Shown here piece after piece: positions 1 to 9,333 of a stretch of 64,000 bases of DNA. The DNA is taken from NCBI GenBank assembly GCA_000002435.2, contig CM018792.1. One strand, 5' to 3'. Position 1 is the stretch's first letter; every line of letters starts with the position of its first letter. The position numbers and the translations under genes are program-made. Source of the stretch: Giardia intestinalis. Lineage: Eukaryota. Under the pieces are notes generated by a model that made no database searches, was not told where the DNA came from, and saw nothing but the letters and a program-made list of their open reading frames with translations.

Positions 1-174
1 GACCTGGAGTCACTGGTGGAGACGGCTAATAAGATCAATTATCTTGCACAGTCCCAACAGCGCTATACAAATGAGCTTAAGAATATGACTGCACAGGTTA
101 ACATGCTCCTTCAACGCATAGATGAGGTTGACGATCGCACTGCCACCGTTACAGCAACTCTTGCGTCGTACTAA
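1..174 (+). CDS. C-terminal 57 codons of an upstream gene of unknown product, coiled-coil-like; partial, enters from the window edge
   Basis: Open frame 1 from base 1 to TAA at 172-174. Convergent with the next gene, 16 nt away. No recognisable domain. Confidence 0.3.
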   Translation, partial: DLESLVETANKINYLAQSQQRYTNELKNMTAQVNMLLQRIDEVDDRTATVTATLASY

Positions 175-190
175 GTGCTTAGCTGTATAT

Positions 191-1366
191 TTACTTCACC
201 TTTACTACCTCAATCGTTGGCAGGGATCCTGCTAGAATGGTGTGCAGTGGAGCGGCCAAATGGGTATCATTTATACATATTAGTGAACCTAGGTACGATA
301 TTCTTACTGATATAGATGGGTCAAAGTCCCAGTCAAGCTGTGGACAGGGAAATTCAATCGTGAATGGGAATTGACCGGAGATGGTCGTCGTATACTCGTA
401 AAGCATTATATAGGGCACGTCCATTCTCCGGGCGTCAACCAGCTTCAGAGATAGCTGTGAGCCATCTGGAATGGAGCACGATGGGTTGTTTGTGCAGACG
501 ATTGTTCCTTTAAGAGTTGGTGGGCGCTTGGGACCCAGATTTGAAAGAACCCGGAGTACAGAGTCGTATTCATCGGTATGAAATCTGTCCGGATTCAGAG
601 GAGTTACCGTGACCCAACCCTTCTCCACGGCATCGAAGTCGGCCTCGATAGTGCTGGGGACCCCCCTGTTGGGTAAAGAATCAGGGTCCAGCTCTCCTCG
701 CATGGTCCAGCTGGAAGACGAGTTTAGAAGATCAATAGGGATACTGTATGCATACTTTACGGAGTAGTACCTGTGCCCTAGTACGGCTGCCTTGCATCCA
801 AGCACCGGAACATGTGGGGCAGGAATATTTACGTTCCAGACCATGCCTAATCGTGTGTAACGCTGTCTTTTGGAGCCGTTTTGCGCCAAGTAAGATATGT
901 ATGCATCCAGAGTCGTCTGCACAGGCTCCTTGCAATTGCTGAGCATGCACATCCCCTCTTCATGGTGATGCAGACAGTCTCCAGGCATGCCTCGGGTGTC
1001 CATGGAATAAGAGATAGCATGATATCCCATGTTTGCAGCCTCAAAGCACGCCCCTACTGTTCCTGAGTGGCAAACGTCACTGCCGCAGTTGGCCCCATTA
1101 TTGATCCCGGCAACAACAAGCTCCACATCCGGATGTAGTTGCAGCCCAAGACGCACGCAATCCACTGGGGAGCCCTCGATAACGTATCCGTGGGCCACAC
1201 GGGAAACATTGAGCTCCTTTATGTAGTGCAGACTTTGGCTTTTTCCTGATTGGTCATGAGCCGGCGCTGCAACGATTACTGTATGTCCACTATCTAACAT
1301 TATTTGTCGTAAAGTAGTCAGCCCTATAAAGTTGTGCCCGTCGTCATTGGTGAGGAGTATACGCAT
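191..1366 (-). CDS. surE: SurE-family 5'/3'-nucleotidase / acid phosphatase (survival protein SurE-like)
   Basis: N-terminus MRILLTNDDG...VIVAAPAHDQSGKSQS...GSPVDCVRLGL...ELVVAGINNGANCGSDVCHSGTVGA matches the SurE signature (MRILLSNDDG, APDRNRSG, GTPTDC, SGIN.G.N.G.DV.YSGTV). ORF track extends to ATG 1420, 18 codons upstream, which would overlap the stop of the upstream gene by 8 nt. ATG 1366 (MRILL) is preferred because SurE proteins begin with this motif. Confidence 0.75.
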   Translation of the reverse strand: MRILLTNDDGHNFIGLTTLRQIMLDSGHTVIVAAPAHDQSGKSQSLHYIKELNVSRVAHGYVIEGSPVDCVRLGLQLHPDVELVVAGINNGANCGSDVCHSGTVGACFEAANMGYHAISYSMDTRGMPGDCLHHHEEGMCMLSNCKEPVQTTLDAYISYLAQNGSKRQRYTRLGMVWNVNIPAPHVPVLGCKAAVLGHRYYSVKYAYSIPIDLLNSSSSWTMRGELDPDSLPNRGVPSTIEADFDAVEKGWVTVTPLNPDRFHTDEYDSVLRVLSNLGPKRPPTLKGTIVCTNNPSCSIPDGSQLSLKLVDARRMDVPYIMLYEYTTTISGQFPFTIEFPCPQLDWDFDPSISVRISYLGSLICINDTHLAAPLHTILAGSLPTIEVVKVK

Positions 1367-1412
1367 CCTGCTTTTGTTGAAATGCAAATTTGTGGAGGAA
1401 GAGGGTATCCTC

Positions 1413-3548
1413 TTACACATAATTTACACAGTCGGCTACTTGGGCGCAGTCTAGGAGCATGTGGGGGTCAGGAATCCTCCTGTTCACCCAGCACTCATAC
1501 CTTCGTAAGGCGCTAGCAACTAGCTCAGGAGAAATACTGTATTCGCTGTTCAGCTTGCGAGCATCAAGGGGCTGATTCCTCCTGGAGCTAGCAGAATAAC
1601 TTCCAATAACCTTGTCGATGCAAGACTGTAAAACAGTATAAACCTCAGCAGATATGTCATTTCTCGCAGCCCCAAAGATAGAGTCAGGGATAGTGAGGAG
1701 GGGAATGCATGCGAAGTCATAGGCATGGTGCCTTTGCAAATAGTAAGAGGCTGCTAACGAATAAGGTTGCAGTAAAACTTGTCTTTCATAGAAGTCTTTG
1801 GGTCCGAAGCCCAGCCCGAGCAAGACGGAGACGACAATGAAAATGAGAACCTCGTTATATCGTGAAGCATAATAGCCCATGGTAAGCTTGATAAAAAGGT
1901 CTGACGGCGGGCTCTCGTCATCGGCCTTTGTAAGCTTAAGATACTGCGATTGAGCAAAAGGAGGCATTTGGAACCCGCTGGGACCCGCATTGGCAACATT
2001 CTGTGCAAGCGGATGCGACTTCCGATCCCTGTCCCTCTCTAGTTGGTCGTCTATGAGTTGCCGTTCAAGGGACGTAAGACACGAGATCCCAGCGTAGTGC
2101 TTCATTAATACCACGGTGAGATCATCAGAGAATTCCTTGTGAAGATTGCACTGTTCGCTCAGCCGCTCAGCGAGATGCAGGGAGTCTCCGACGGTCCCAG
2201 GACACAGATGCAGACCTGCCAGGAGACAGTCCAAAACAGTCGTACAGTACATCCTAAGTGAATGTATCTGCCCACTCATGACGCTGAGTAACAAAAGAGG
2301 ATCTATCCCCACCTCTCTGCACTGTGCACGTAGGGTCCTGACGCTTTCCTGCTGGGCACCGTCACCAGACATGGCTATTTCTCGTATAAGTTTTTCGCAG
2401 TGAGTCTGCGTATTGAGCGAGCAACCTTGAACGATTATCAGAGAGAGACTGGGAATATTCAGGAGTTTAAGAATACTTGCGACCTTCTCGTATTTGCCAG
2501 CTATAAGAAGTAGTGCTAACGAAGCATTAATATCCTGTGGAGACAATTCTTGAAAACTGCCCGTGCTAACCTGATCGGCCACCCTGATTGCATCAGCATA
2601 TTTGGTCAGTGATAATGCAGCTCCCGTAAATAATGCCTGCAGCCCATACTTTCTGGACACCACCTCCTTGGTAGAGTTCCGAAGCCCTTTCCGGGATTGT
2701 CCTGATATTTTTTTATTCCTTAGTAAGCGAGTTGATAGAGCCTCACTGTCTTCCAGCCCACCATGCTGGAGAATATCATCAATATATTCTGTCTCTGTAT
2801 ACACGTGAAGTCCCTCAAAGAGAGGAGCACTCGTTGTTTGTGAGATGACTGCTGGGTTGTTTGCGTAGAGACAGCACATCACATTGACAATGAAGTGTGC
2901 CTTGTGATTGGCACCAGCGGGTTGAATAAGGGCCAGGGCCATAAGCAAATAAAACGCCGTCTTCTCTATGTGGGGTTGTAAAGATTGGTTGGCATCCAAC
3001 TCGTGTCTAATGCCAAGGTTAGACAAAGAAAGGTAGCACAAATTAAATAAGTGGGTAGTAGGAGCACGATCTGGGACGCTCGTATCTGTGTAGGAGTAGG
3101 CACACGGCACGCTAGCCTTGTAGAATTCCCTTAACATCAGTAGATAATACGGTAGATCTGCAGCATTGTAAGGTTGCTCAGTAAGAACATTTCGCTCTCT
3201 CAAAGTTATGGATGTCATGTCACATGTATCGATGCGTTCAAGGCGTATGATAGCCTTGTCAGAGCTTGGTTGCATAGCGTTGCCATCTGATGTGAAAGCG
3301 ATTGGAGCTGCAGTGCTAAGCGTAGATAAGATAAGCGCAGAGTTAGTAACTGCACAGGAACCAATGCTACGAGTCTTAGGCAAAGCGAAGGGAAGTGAGA
3401 TGGGAAGACGTGGACACCCATCAGGAATCATGTAGACAGGCTCAGGCTGCTCCTGTTGGAGATTCTCAGCTAACCCCTCCTCAGCTGGTGAGTGCACCTG
3501 GCTGGCGCCTATCTCATATGCTGAAAGAAGGAGAGTCTTACTTAGCAT
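1413..3548 (-). CDS. hypothetical protein, 711 aa, alpha-helical, no domain recognised
   Basis: Long uninterrupted ORF. Track start 3554 is a TTG. First ATG at 3548 is preceded by an A/T-rich element (AATAGAAGGCTTTTTGTTTTCAACTTTTGGTA on the coding strand). Stop TAA at 1413-1415. Confidence 0.55.
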   Translation of the reverse strand: MLSKTLLLSAYEIGASQVHSPAEEGLAENLQQEQPEPVYMIPDGCPRLPISLPFALPKTRSIGSCAVTNSALILSTLSTAAPIAFTSDGNAMQPSSDKAIIRLERIDTCDMTSITLRERNVLTEQPYNAADLPYYLLMLREFYKASVPCAYSYTDTSVPDRAPTTHLFNLCYLSLSNLGIRHELDANQSLQPHIEKTAFYLLMALALIQPAGANHKAHFIVNVMCCLYANNPAVISQTTSAPLFEGLHVYTETEYIDDILQHGGLEDSEALSTRLLRNKKISGQSRKGLRNSTKEVVSRKYGLQALFTGAALSLTKYADAIRVADQVSTGSFQELSPQDINASLALLLIAGKYEKVASILKLLNIPSLSLIIVQGCSLNTQTHCEKLIREIAMSGDGAQQESVRTLRAQCREVGIDPLLLLSVMSGQIHSLRMYCTTVLDCLLAGLHLCPGTVGDSLHLAERLSEQCNLHKEFSDDLTVVLMKHYAGISCLTSLERQLIDDQLERDRDRKSHPLAQNVANAGPSGFQMPPFAQSQYLKLTKADDESPPSDLFIKLTMGYYASRYNEVLIFIVVSVLLGLGFGPKDFYERQVLLQPYSLAASYYLQRHHAYDFACIPLLTIPDSIFGAARNDISAEVYTVLQSCIDKVIGSYSASSRRNQPLDARKLNSEYSISPELVASALRRYECWVNRRIPDPHMLLDCAQVADCVNYV

Positions 3549-3621
3549 TACCAAAAGTTGAAAACAAAAAGCCTTCTATTTATTGCAATTGCAATCGCAA
3601 TTGCAATTCGTTTTATTTTAT
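3549..3621. promoter_or_regulatory. 73-bp A/T-rich divergent intergenic region serving two head-to-head genes (putative bidirectional promoter)
   Basis: Lies between minus-strand ATG 3548 and plus-strand ATG 3622. A/T-rich (aaaacaaaaa, ttttattttat). Contains the TTGCAA hexamer repeat. Confidence 0.4.
3583..3606. repeat. short tandem hexamer repeat (TTGCAA)x4, one copy TCGCAA
   Basis: ttgcaattgcaatcgcaattgcaa read directly. Sits inside the divergent promoter. The hexamer TTGCAA is itself palindromic. Confidence 0.8.
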
Positions 3622-4797
3622 ATGGCCTGGAAGGCGATAGGCATAGCATCCCTTCTTGGGCTCATAGGAAGCAACTTTGTGAGACATGATGATGCAGCGC
3701 AGAGTCACAATAAGAGACCAAATAGCATAGTTGAGACAGGGCCTAGACCCACAATTCCGCAATCTAAAAGTCCGCGAGATCCGCCAAACACCTCACTTCT
3801 ATTAGTCTCCATTTCCAAGAGTATTACAAGTGATACAGCGCAACAAGACAAGGCCATTCATAGGGACGCGATCAACAGTACCCCACTCATGCATGCAGCG
3901 GCTAAGGGAGATCTGACCAAAATAAGCACATACATGCACATGGTCAGCAGACAGGACAACAGAGGAATGACAGCTCTCATGTATGCGGCATATTATGGTC
4001 ATGTAGAGGCTGTCAAACTGCTTGTGTGGGGCGAAGCAAAGATCCACGATAAAAGGGGGAAAACAGCATTAATGTATGCTGCTCAGCAAGGGTTTGGAGA
4101 ATGCGTTCGCGCCTTGCTTCCGTTTGAAAAGGGAATGGTGGACAAGGATAACTGGAACGCATTAATGTATTCGGCCATGTGTAACGACATGCCGTGCCAA
4201 GATCTAATTGATGCAGAGAGTACTTATCTAACGGGAGACAGCGACAGTATCTTGAAGGTTGGGCTTCTATCCAAGCATAACAAGATAGGAAAGAACGAAA
4301 TACAAAGCGCCAATCTCCCTCTAATTGAGGTCAATATACTGGGGATTACACCGCTAATGGAGGCAGCGACAGTTGGGGACATCCAAGGGGTGAAAGCACA
4401 CATTAAGACATATAGGGGACGGAAGGACCGCTACGGCACAACGGCCCTTATGTATGCAGCAATAGGAAACCACGTTGAGTGCGTTCGGTTGCTACGCACA
4501 TCAGAGCGACGAGAGCAGGACCACGAGGGATTCACGGCTCTCATGAGGGCAGCGATATACGGCAACATAGAGTGCATAGAGCTTCTTGCCGCTGATGAAG
4601 GTGGAATGCTTAACAATATTCAATGGAGTGCGATCGCATACCTTATTCAGAACAATTACTTCGAGGGTCTGCAATACCTTCTCCACCTAGAAGGAAATCT
4701 ACACGAAAAGGAAGAGGTGGGCTATTCCATATTTTCACTGCTGGAGCACTCAGCCAATCCACAAGTTCAGATGCTTCTGCAAGCTACTGAGATCTAG
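3622..4797 (+). CDS. ankyrin-repeat protein (Giardia protein 21.1-like)
   Basis: At least 6 ankyrin repeats with the TALMYAA..GH.E.V.LL pattern (GMTALMYAAYYGHVEAVKLL, GKTALMYAAQQGFGECVRALL, GTTALMYAAIGNHVECVRLL, GFTALMRAAIYGNIECIELL). Track start 3583 is TTG. First ATG at 3622 follows ttcgttttattttat. Confidence 0.8.
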   Translation: MAWKAIGIASLLGLIGSNFVRHDDAAQSHNKRPNSIVETGPRPTIPQSKSPRDPPNTSLLLVSISKSITSDTAQQDKAIHRDAINSTPLMHAAAKGDLTKISTYMHMVSRQDNRGMTALMYAAYYGHVEAVKLLVWGEAKIHDKRGKTALMYAAQQGFGECVRALLPFEKGMVDKDNWNALMYSAMCNDMPCQDLIDAESTYLTGDSDSILKVGLLSKHNKIGKNEIQSANLPLIEVNILGITPLMEAATVGDIQGVKAHIKTYRGRKDRYGTTALMYAAIGNHVECVRLLRTSERREQDHEGFTALMRAAIYGNIECIELLAADEGGMLNNIQWSAIAYLIQNNYFEGLQYLLHLEGNLHEKEEVGYSIFSLLEHSANPQVQMLLQATEI

Positions 4798-4976
4798 GCT
4801 TCTACATATCTAAGAGCTGTCGAGAGCCGTATGCAACCAAGCATGAGATCTAAGCGACTGAAAGGGTCTATAGTCTTTTTTCGTGGTCTATTAAACATTT
4901 GGGGGACGATACACGTCTGTAAGAAAGATAACAAGATAGGAAGTTAGCGCAAATGTACATCGACAGAGCGGGCTTC

Positions 4977-7574
4977 TTAGGAACACTTCTTGTGCGACAG
5001 ACCGTCCTCTGAACGGTAGATGATCGGGTACTTTTTCACAGGCCCGCCAGTAGTGTAGCCCAATGGTATTGGCAGGTAGACATCCAATAGATTATAATAA
5101 AGCAGAAGGATCCATTGATAAATGAGTAAGTGATGATCAAACATCTCAGAGTCGAAAATGAGTTCGTTGAATACTTCCGGAGGCGCAGAAAAGATCCGAA
5201 GAACAGAATAATTCTCAACGCCAAGTTCCTTTTGGCGCTTTACGAGATCTTTCAGTGTAGATATCTTATTTCCATAATTGAATGAGATCACGTACTGAAT
5301 GCCGGGGACATATGTATTAATATCTTCGTCTGGACAAGCGTAGTCCATAGTGAACGCCGTATACTCCTGCTTAAGTTCCTTGTCACTCATCTCCTTCAGT
5401 TTCTTCAGTTCTCCAGCAAATATCTTCTTGAGCTTCTGCACTGCATCAGTACTCTCATCTCTGATCTCCGGAGAAGCAACATCTGTTGACTCCGTTACGG
5501 AAAAGTTGGTAACAGCAAAGCTAGTGGCCAACTCCGAACCTGGGACCCAGACTCCCAGTTCCGATTCGGTGATGAATTCATTGTTCGGTAGTACAGATGG
5601 CTCCGATGATGGCGTTGCCGTGCTGCTTTCGGAGAAACTGGTAAAGATATCGGTAATTCGCGAGAATTCTTCTGTGCTTGATGAGTCATCTAGCTTAACT
5701 AAATTACATTCGATTAATCGCTCTGAAACAGCTTCTATAAGCTCTGTCGGGGCCTTCTCAATGAAATCGGCACCAGTGCGCAAGGAATGGCTGTCTCTGA
5801 CTGGGCAGTATTCGGAGATATCTGCAGATAGTGGGTTTGGTGTAGGCGATACTGGAACCTTGGGGTCATATGCCTTGTAAGAAGATCGAGACAGTATAGC
5901 ATCAGAAGGGTTATGTTCGACGGCTCCAATGGACAAATAATCGCCTGTAGATAGAATGTTACGTGGAAGTTTCTCTGTATTGCGATCTGTGCGGGAGCCT
6001 TTTACATGGACCGGGGTGGGTGTTGCAGACTCTGTAGCGGAAGAACCTGGGGCAGCACACTTAGACGAACCATCATTGTCACTGTCAGTGATCAGTATAG
6101 GCGGTTGATCAAGTCCAGAAACAACGCCGCATGTGACGTGTCTGCTCGTTGGTACTGCAAGGCTGATGTTTGACAAGGATGCGGACGAAGCTTTCTTTTT
6201 CTTCTTTTGGTGCCGTGCATCTGCAAATTCTTTGCGCAAATGCCGTCTCTTCGATATCTCCGAAAGTAGTCCGAGCCTCCTGAATGCGAAAAGAAAGCCT
6301 TTGGTGCTAATTCTGGGCCCGAAGTCGCTTTGCATGCAGATATTGATGAAGCCATAGCTAGATAGAAGGTCGCAGAGGGACTTACTACCACATGGCGGCG
6401 AACAAAACCCTATTACCTTTATACGTTGATATGGGATGTGATAGGACCAAAACCACCCCATCAACATGGAAACAGAACCGCCCAGCGAGTGCCCCGTTAA
6501 TGTAAGATAATAGTTAGGGTATTTTTCCAACGTATCTCGTAGTATCTTGTACGTGTCATGGTAGATGTATGCTGCTGCAGCGTAGATTCCTGCATGCCCG
6601 TAGTACTTTGTAAACTCGGTAATGGGCTTGATAAGCAAATCTTTCGATTTCAGCTTCCTCCGAAGCATTTGATATCGGTTCTTCTTCTCTTCTGTCATAC
6701 CAGGTGTGTATAGAGTCATATTATCTATGATTGGACTGTGTAGAGGTGGGTTATGAAAAGCCTTGTCCTTTCCCGACTTCATATGAGATGTTTTGGAGGC
6801 ACGTGTCTTTGTCGCCCTTTTCGTTTTTTTCAGCATCTGGGACTGTACGTACGTTCGGGGTTGAAGGCTTAATATTCCCTCAACGTTTGTTCGCTGTTGG
6901 ACGGCCGTTTCTGTGTCTATGTTGGTAACAAATTTATCGCGAGAAGATGCCTTGACCAAAAGCTCAAACTTCTCTGGCGGGGCTGTGTACTCGGTACTTA
7001 AACAAAAAATATCAGTTACCATGTCCGCCAGCGAATAGCTGCCTCTAATCGCCACAACTATCTCATACCGCCGATGGTCCAAATATATGGCTGCACATGG
7101 CATGAAATAACGTGCTTTAGTAGTGAAATAGAGGGTGTCGAGAGGCGAAACACCCATTGCTGCAGAAAATGTATTCAATTCAAATGTATTCTTTGCGCAC
7201 TTTCCATTGAGTGTGGGGCCGAACCTGCGGTTCCGGTGCTTGTAGTAGCGAGATGCCTGCTTTCTGATTCGGCTGGCGTTCAGAGTAGGAAGCTTAAAGG
7301 GATCGTGGTTCAGGGTGTACCTTGACTCATAAGAGCCGTAAACAGCGAATGCAGCACGACAATAATGTAGTAGTTCTGCTACAAAGTTAGGGTTAGTAAT
7401 AGAGGGGTAGATAGAGGAGGAGCAAAAGTTGGGATAAGGTTGCACCTTGTCACGCTTCATCTTGTTGATGAGAAAGAGCCTATTTGAGTTCGTCTCGGGG
7501 CTTATGTCTTTGAAGTGCTGAATAAGTAGCCTGACGATCCGAATAGCCTCGCCAACAGAGGTGAGGCAATCCAT
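4977..7574 (-). CDS. class-3 (fungal-type) lipase domain protein with Ser/Thr/Glu-rich C-terminal extension
   Basis: GHSLGG nucleophile-elbow motif (LTLTGHSLGGSVSMLMG). Upstream YEIVVAIRGSYSLADMVTDI is typical of the lipase_3 family. Poly-K tract (HQKKKKKASS), then about 400 aa of low-complexity acidic/Ser-rich sequence. Confidence 0.7.
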   Translation of the reverse strand: MDCLTSVGEAIRIVRLLIQHFKDISPETNSNRLFLINKMKRDKVQPYPNFCSSSIYPSITNPNFVAELLHYCRAAFAVYGSYESRYTLNHDPFKLPTLNASRIRKQASRYYKHRNRRFGPTLNGKCAKNTFELNTFSAAMGVSPLDTLYFTTKARYFMPCAAIYLDHRRYEIVVAIRGSYSLADMVTDIFCLSTEYTAPPEKFELLVKASSRDKFVTNIDTETAVQQRTNVEGILSLQPRTYVQSQMLKKTKRATKTRASKTSHMKSGKDKAFHNPPLHSPIIDNMTLYTPGMTEEKKNRYQMLRRKLKSKDLLIKPITEFTKYYGHAGIYAAAAYIYHDTYKILRDTLEKYPNYYLTLTGHSLGGSVSMLMGWFWSYHIPYQRIKVIGFCSPPCGSKSLCDLLSSYGFINICMQSDFGPRISTKGFLFAFRRLGLLSEISKRRHLRKEFADARHQKKKKKASSASLSNISLAVPTSRHVTCGVVSGLDQPPILITDSDNDGSSKCAAPGSSATESATPTPVHVKGSRTDRNTEKLPRNILSTGDYLSIGAVEHNPSDAILSRSSYKAYDPKVPVSPTPNPLSADISEYCPVRDSHSLRTGADFIEKAPTELIEAVSERLIECNLVKLDDSSSTEEFSRITDIFTSFSESSTATPSSEPSVLPNNEFITESELGVWVPGSELATSFAVTNFSVTESTDVASPEIRDESTDAVQKLKKIFAGELKKLKEMSDKELKQEYTAFTMDYACPDEDINTYVPGIQYVISFNYGNKISTLKDLVKRQKELGVENYSVLRIFSAPPEVFNELIFDSEMFDHHLLIYQWILLLYYNLLDVYLPIPLGYTTGGPVKKYPIIYRSEDGLSHKKCS

Positions 7575-7576
7575 TG

Positions 7577-9313
7577 CTAGTCTATTTTATTGGCCAAAAG
7601 ATTCTTTGAAGATACATCCTCAAAATCAGCGCCCGATACAAATGGGCACATGGTAATGTCTCCTGCATGCACAACACATAGCACCAGGATCTGCGGCGGG
7701 ACATATGCCTGGATGTCCCGTAGGTAGGGAAGTAGTTCTGAACAGGGGATTGGTGCTGGTGTTGCGATACAAAACTTCCTATTCTGAGGCGGAAGCGTCG
7801 ATATCCATAGTAAAAGTTCTCCTAGCGTTGGGGGAGATTTTGCTCCTGAGAGAGTAAAATGCTGAATAGATTTAAAACTATAGAGCGAAAGAACGCCATA
7901 TGCATATTGCGAAATGGCTTCGCTCTTCATTACTTGATACTTGTATATTAACTGGGAGAGAGAAGCCGTCGATTCTTTGAGCGTAGCTATCTGTCTTTCA
8001 CGTAACATATTGAAATACTTTTGTACAGCCTTTCCGGCCGAAGAGGAGCTTAGAGAGCGGGAGAGTATTGAGGAAATATGAATATTTGATAGCTCAAGGC
8101 GCAGGAGGACAAGATGAAGAGCGGCCTCAGCGTCCTCTATGCTACTATGCCCTGCTTCTGCATTAGTCTGTATGTCCTTTAGCAGATAACGTCGTGCTAG
8201 ATCCTGAAGGCGAGGCTTCCGGGTCCCGTGCTGGTAAAGCACACAAGTATCAATTACAAGAGGGTAGATCAATCCCAATGCTCGTAGGTCATTCTCGACC
8301 CCGTGACCAACAATGAACGGAAGAGATACACCACTCAGTGCCGACAAGTCTGTCGAGTGTTGTATCTGCTCAGCATATAGAAGTTCGTGCAGCTCGGATG
8401 GCAGAATGAAGCTCAAAATATGATCTCTTATGATATCCTTTGGGTGCTTTGAACTTGCATTTTCTAATATCTGTGCCGTGATCCCAGAATATTGTGTCTT
8501 GTAATCTACTACTTCTGTATCGCTCGGTAGCTCAACATACGCATCATAGACTAGGGAGAATATGCTCGTTACTGGAGTAGTTGTCCTCGTATTGCATTCA
8601 ACAACAGTCACTCTGGCCAAGTCATTCTCACACACTGACGTATGAATCATCTCGCAGTCAATGGCCAAAAGTACTCCGTTCCAATTATCTGCTAAGTTAT
8701 TAATAATGCACTGGGGAGGCAAGTAGAGGAATGGAGTAAATTGCTCCGACTCCAAAAGTAAATCCTTGATGCTGGTTATCCTTTGCATTCTCAAGCACAT
8801 ATCCTCTTCCAGTATGGTTTCAAAATAGTGAGTATTGGATATTTGGGTTCCGCTTGACAGCGAAACCGAGAATGGGTATTGTGCGTTCAGTATGGGAAAC
8901 ACGTCTGGCTTAGTATCATCGGTAAGCTCCAACTTTAAGAGAAGGACTCCCTTGCAGGAAAACTCGTTGTATAGTTCGAATGCCGTCTTATTTCTAGCAA
9001 GATGCCTAAAGGACACGCACCGCAAGATGGTTTCGCGCACAGCTGCGGGGCTCTTACTCTCACCTCGACCAATAGAGAACTGCGACAGCGGTCTGAGGAC
9101 ATTAGTTTCTTTGTTGTCCTCCGTTCCCTGTCTAGTGGTGGGTCCGCTAAGGCCTTGGACACGTTTGAGAAGACCCTCAAGTCGTGCACGCTTAGACTGA
9201 GAAAGCCGCGCCAAACATGCCTGCAGCTCTGCTACCTGTGCATCGGTGAGTTTTTTCTTTTCTGCGACGCGTATCAACCGTTTTGCCTGCTTGCATGCTA
9301 ACTCTGGGTTCAT
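7577..9313 (-). CDS. Rex1/REXO1-type 3'-5' RNA exonuclease (DEDDh family)
   Basis: C-terminal exonuclease domain LLAIDCEM (Asp-Glu), later VGHGVENDLRAL (His-x4-Asp), typical of REX/RNH70 exonucleases. Start placed at ATG 9313 (MNPELACK...). This ATG lies 17 nt after an AGTAAA polyA motif that follows the upstream DHHC gene stop. Track start 9469 would overlap that gene by 136 nt. Confidence 0.65.
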   Translation of the reverse strand: MNPELACKQAKRLIRVAEKKKLTDAQVAELQACLARLSQSKRARLEGLLKRVQGLSGPTTRQGTEDNKETNVLRPLSQFSIGRGESKSPAAVRETILRCVSFRHLARNKTAFELYNEFSCKGVLLLKLELTDDTKPDVFPILNAQYPFSVSLSSGTQISNTHYFETILEEDMCLRMQRITSIKDLLLESEQFTPFLYLPPQCIINNLADNWNGVLLAIDCEMIHTSVCENDLARVTVVECNTRTTTPVTSIFSLVYDAYVELPSDTEVVDYKTQYSGITAQILENASSKHPKDIIRDHILSFILPSELHELLYAEQIQHSTDLSALSGVSLPFIVGHGVENDLRALGLIYPLVIDTCVLYQHGTRKPRLQDLARRYLLKDIQTNAEAGHSSIEDAEAALHLVLLRLELSNIHISSILSRSLSSSSAGKAVQKYFNMLRERQIATLKESTASLSQLIYKYQVMKSEAISQYAYGVLSLYSFKSIQHFTLSGAKSPPTLGELLLWISTLPPQNRKFCIATPAPIPCSELLPYLRDIQAYVPPQILVLCVVHAGDITMCPFVSGADFEDVSSKNLLANKID

Positions 9314-9326
9314 AATGTAGCAGCAA

Positions 9327-9332
9327 TTTACT
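9327..9332 (-). promoter_or_regulatory. AGTAAA polyadenylation-type motif 1 nt after the DHHC gene stop
   Basis: Minus strand reads TAA A AGTAAA TTGCTGCTACATT ATG. Giardia-type AGTRAAY signal. Confidence 0.4.
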
Positions 9333-9333
9333 T

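Noticed and set aside
3583-3621. N-terminal extensions in the ORF track beginning with M that are actually TTG or GTG codons (also at 3554, 10819, 23875, 24092, 25343, 44762, 45988, 54811, 57417, 57747, 60625)
   Set aside because: This is a eukaryotic genome in which initiation is at ATG. The track evidently allows bacterial alternative starts. These genes were re-anchored on the first in-frame ATG, which is nearly always preceded by an A/T-rich element.
5041-5080. tRNA-like string CCAGTAGTGTAGCCCAATGGTATTGG
   Set aside because: It lies inside the lipase coding frame (encodes ...LPIPLGYTTGGP...) and has no cloverleaf partner segments.
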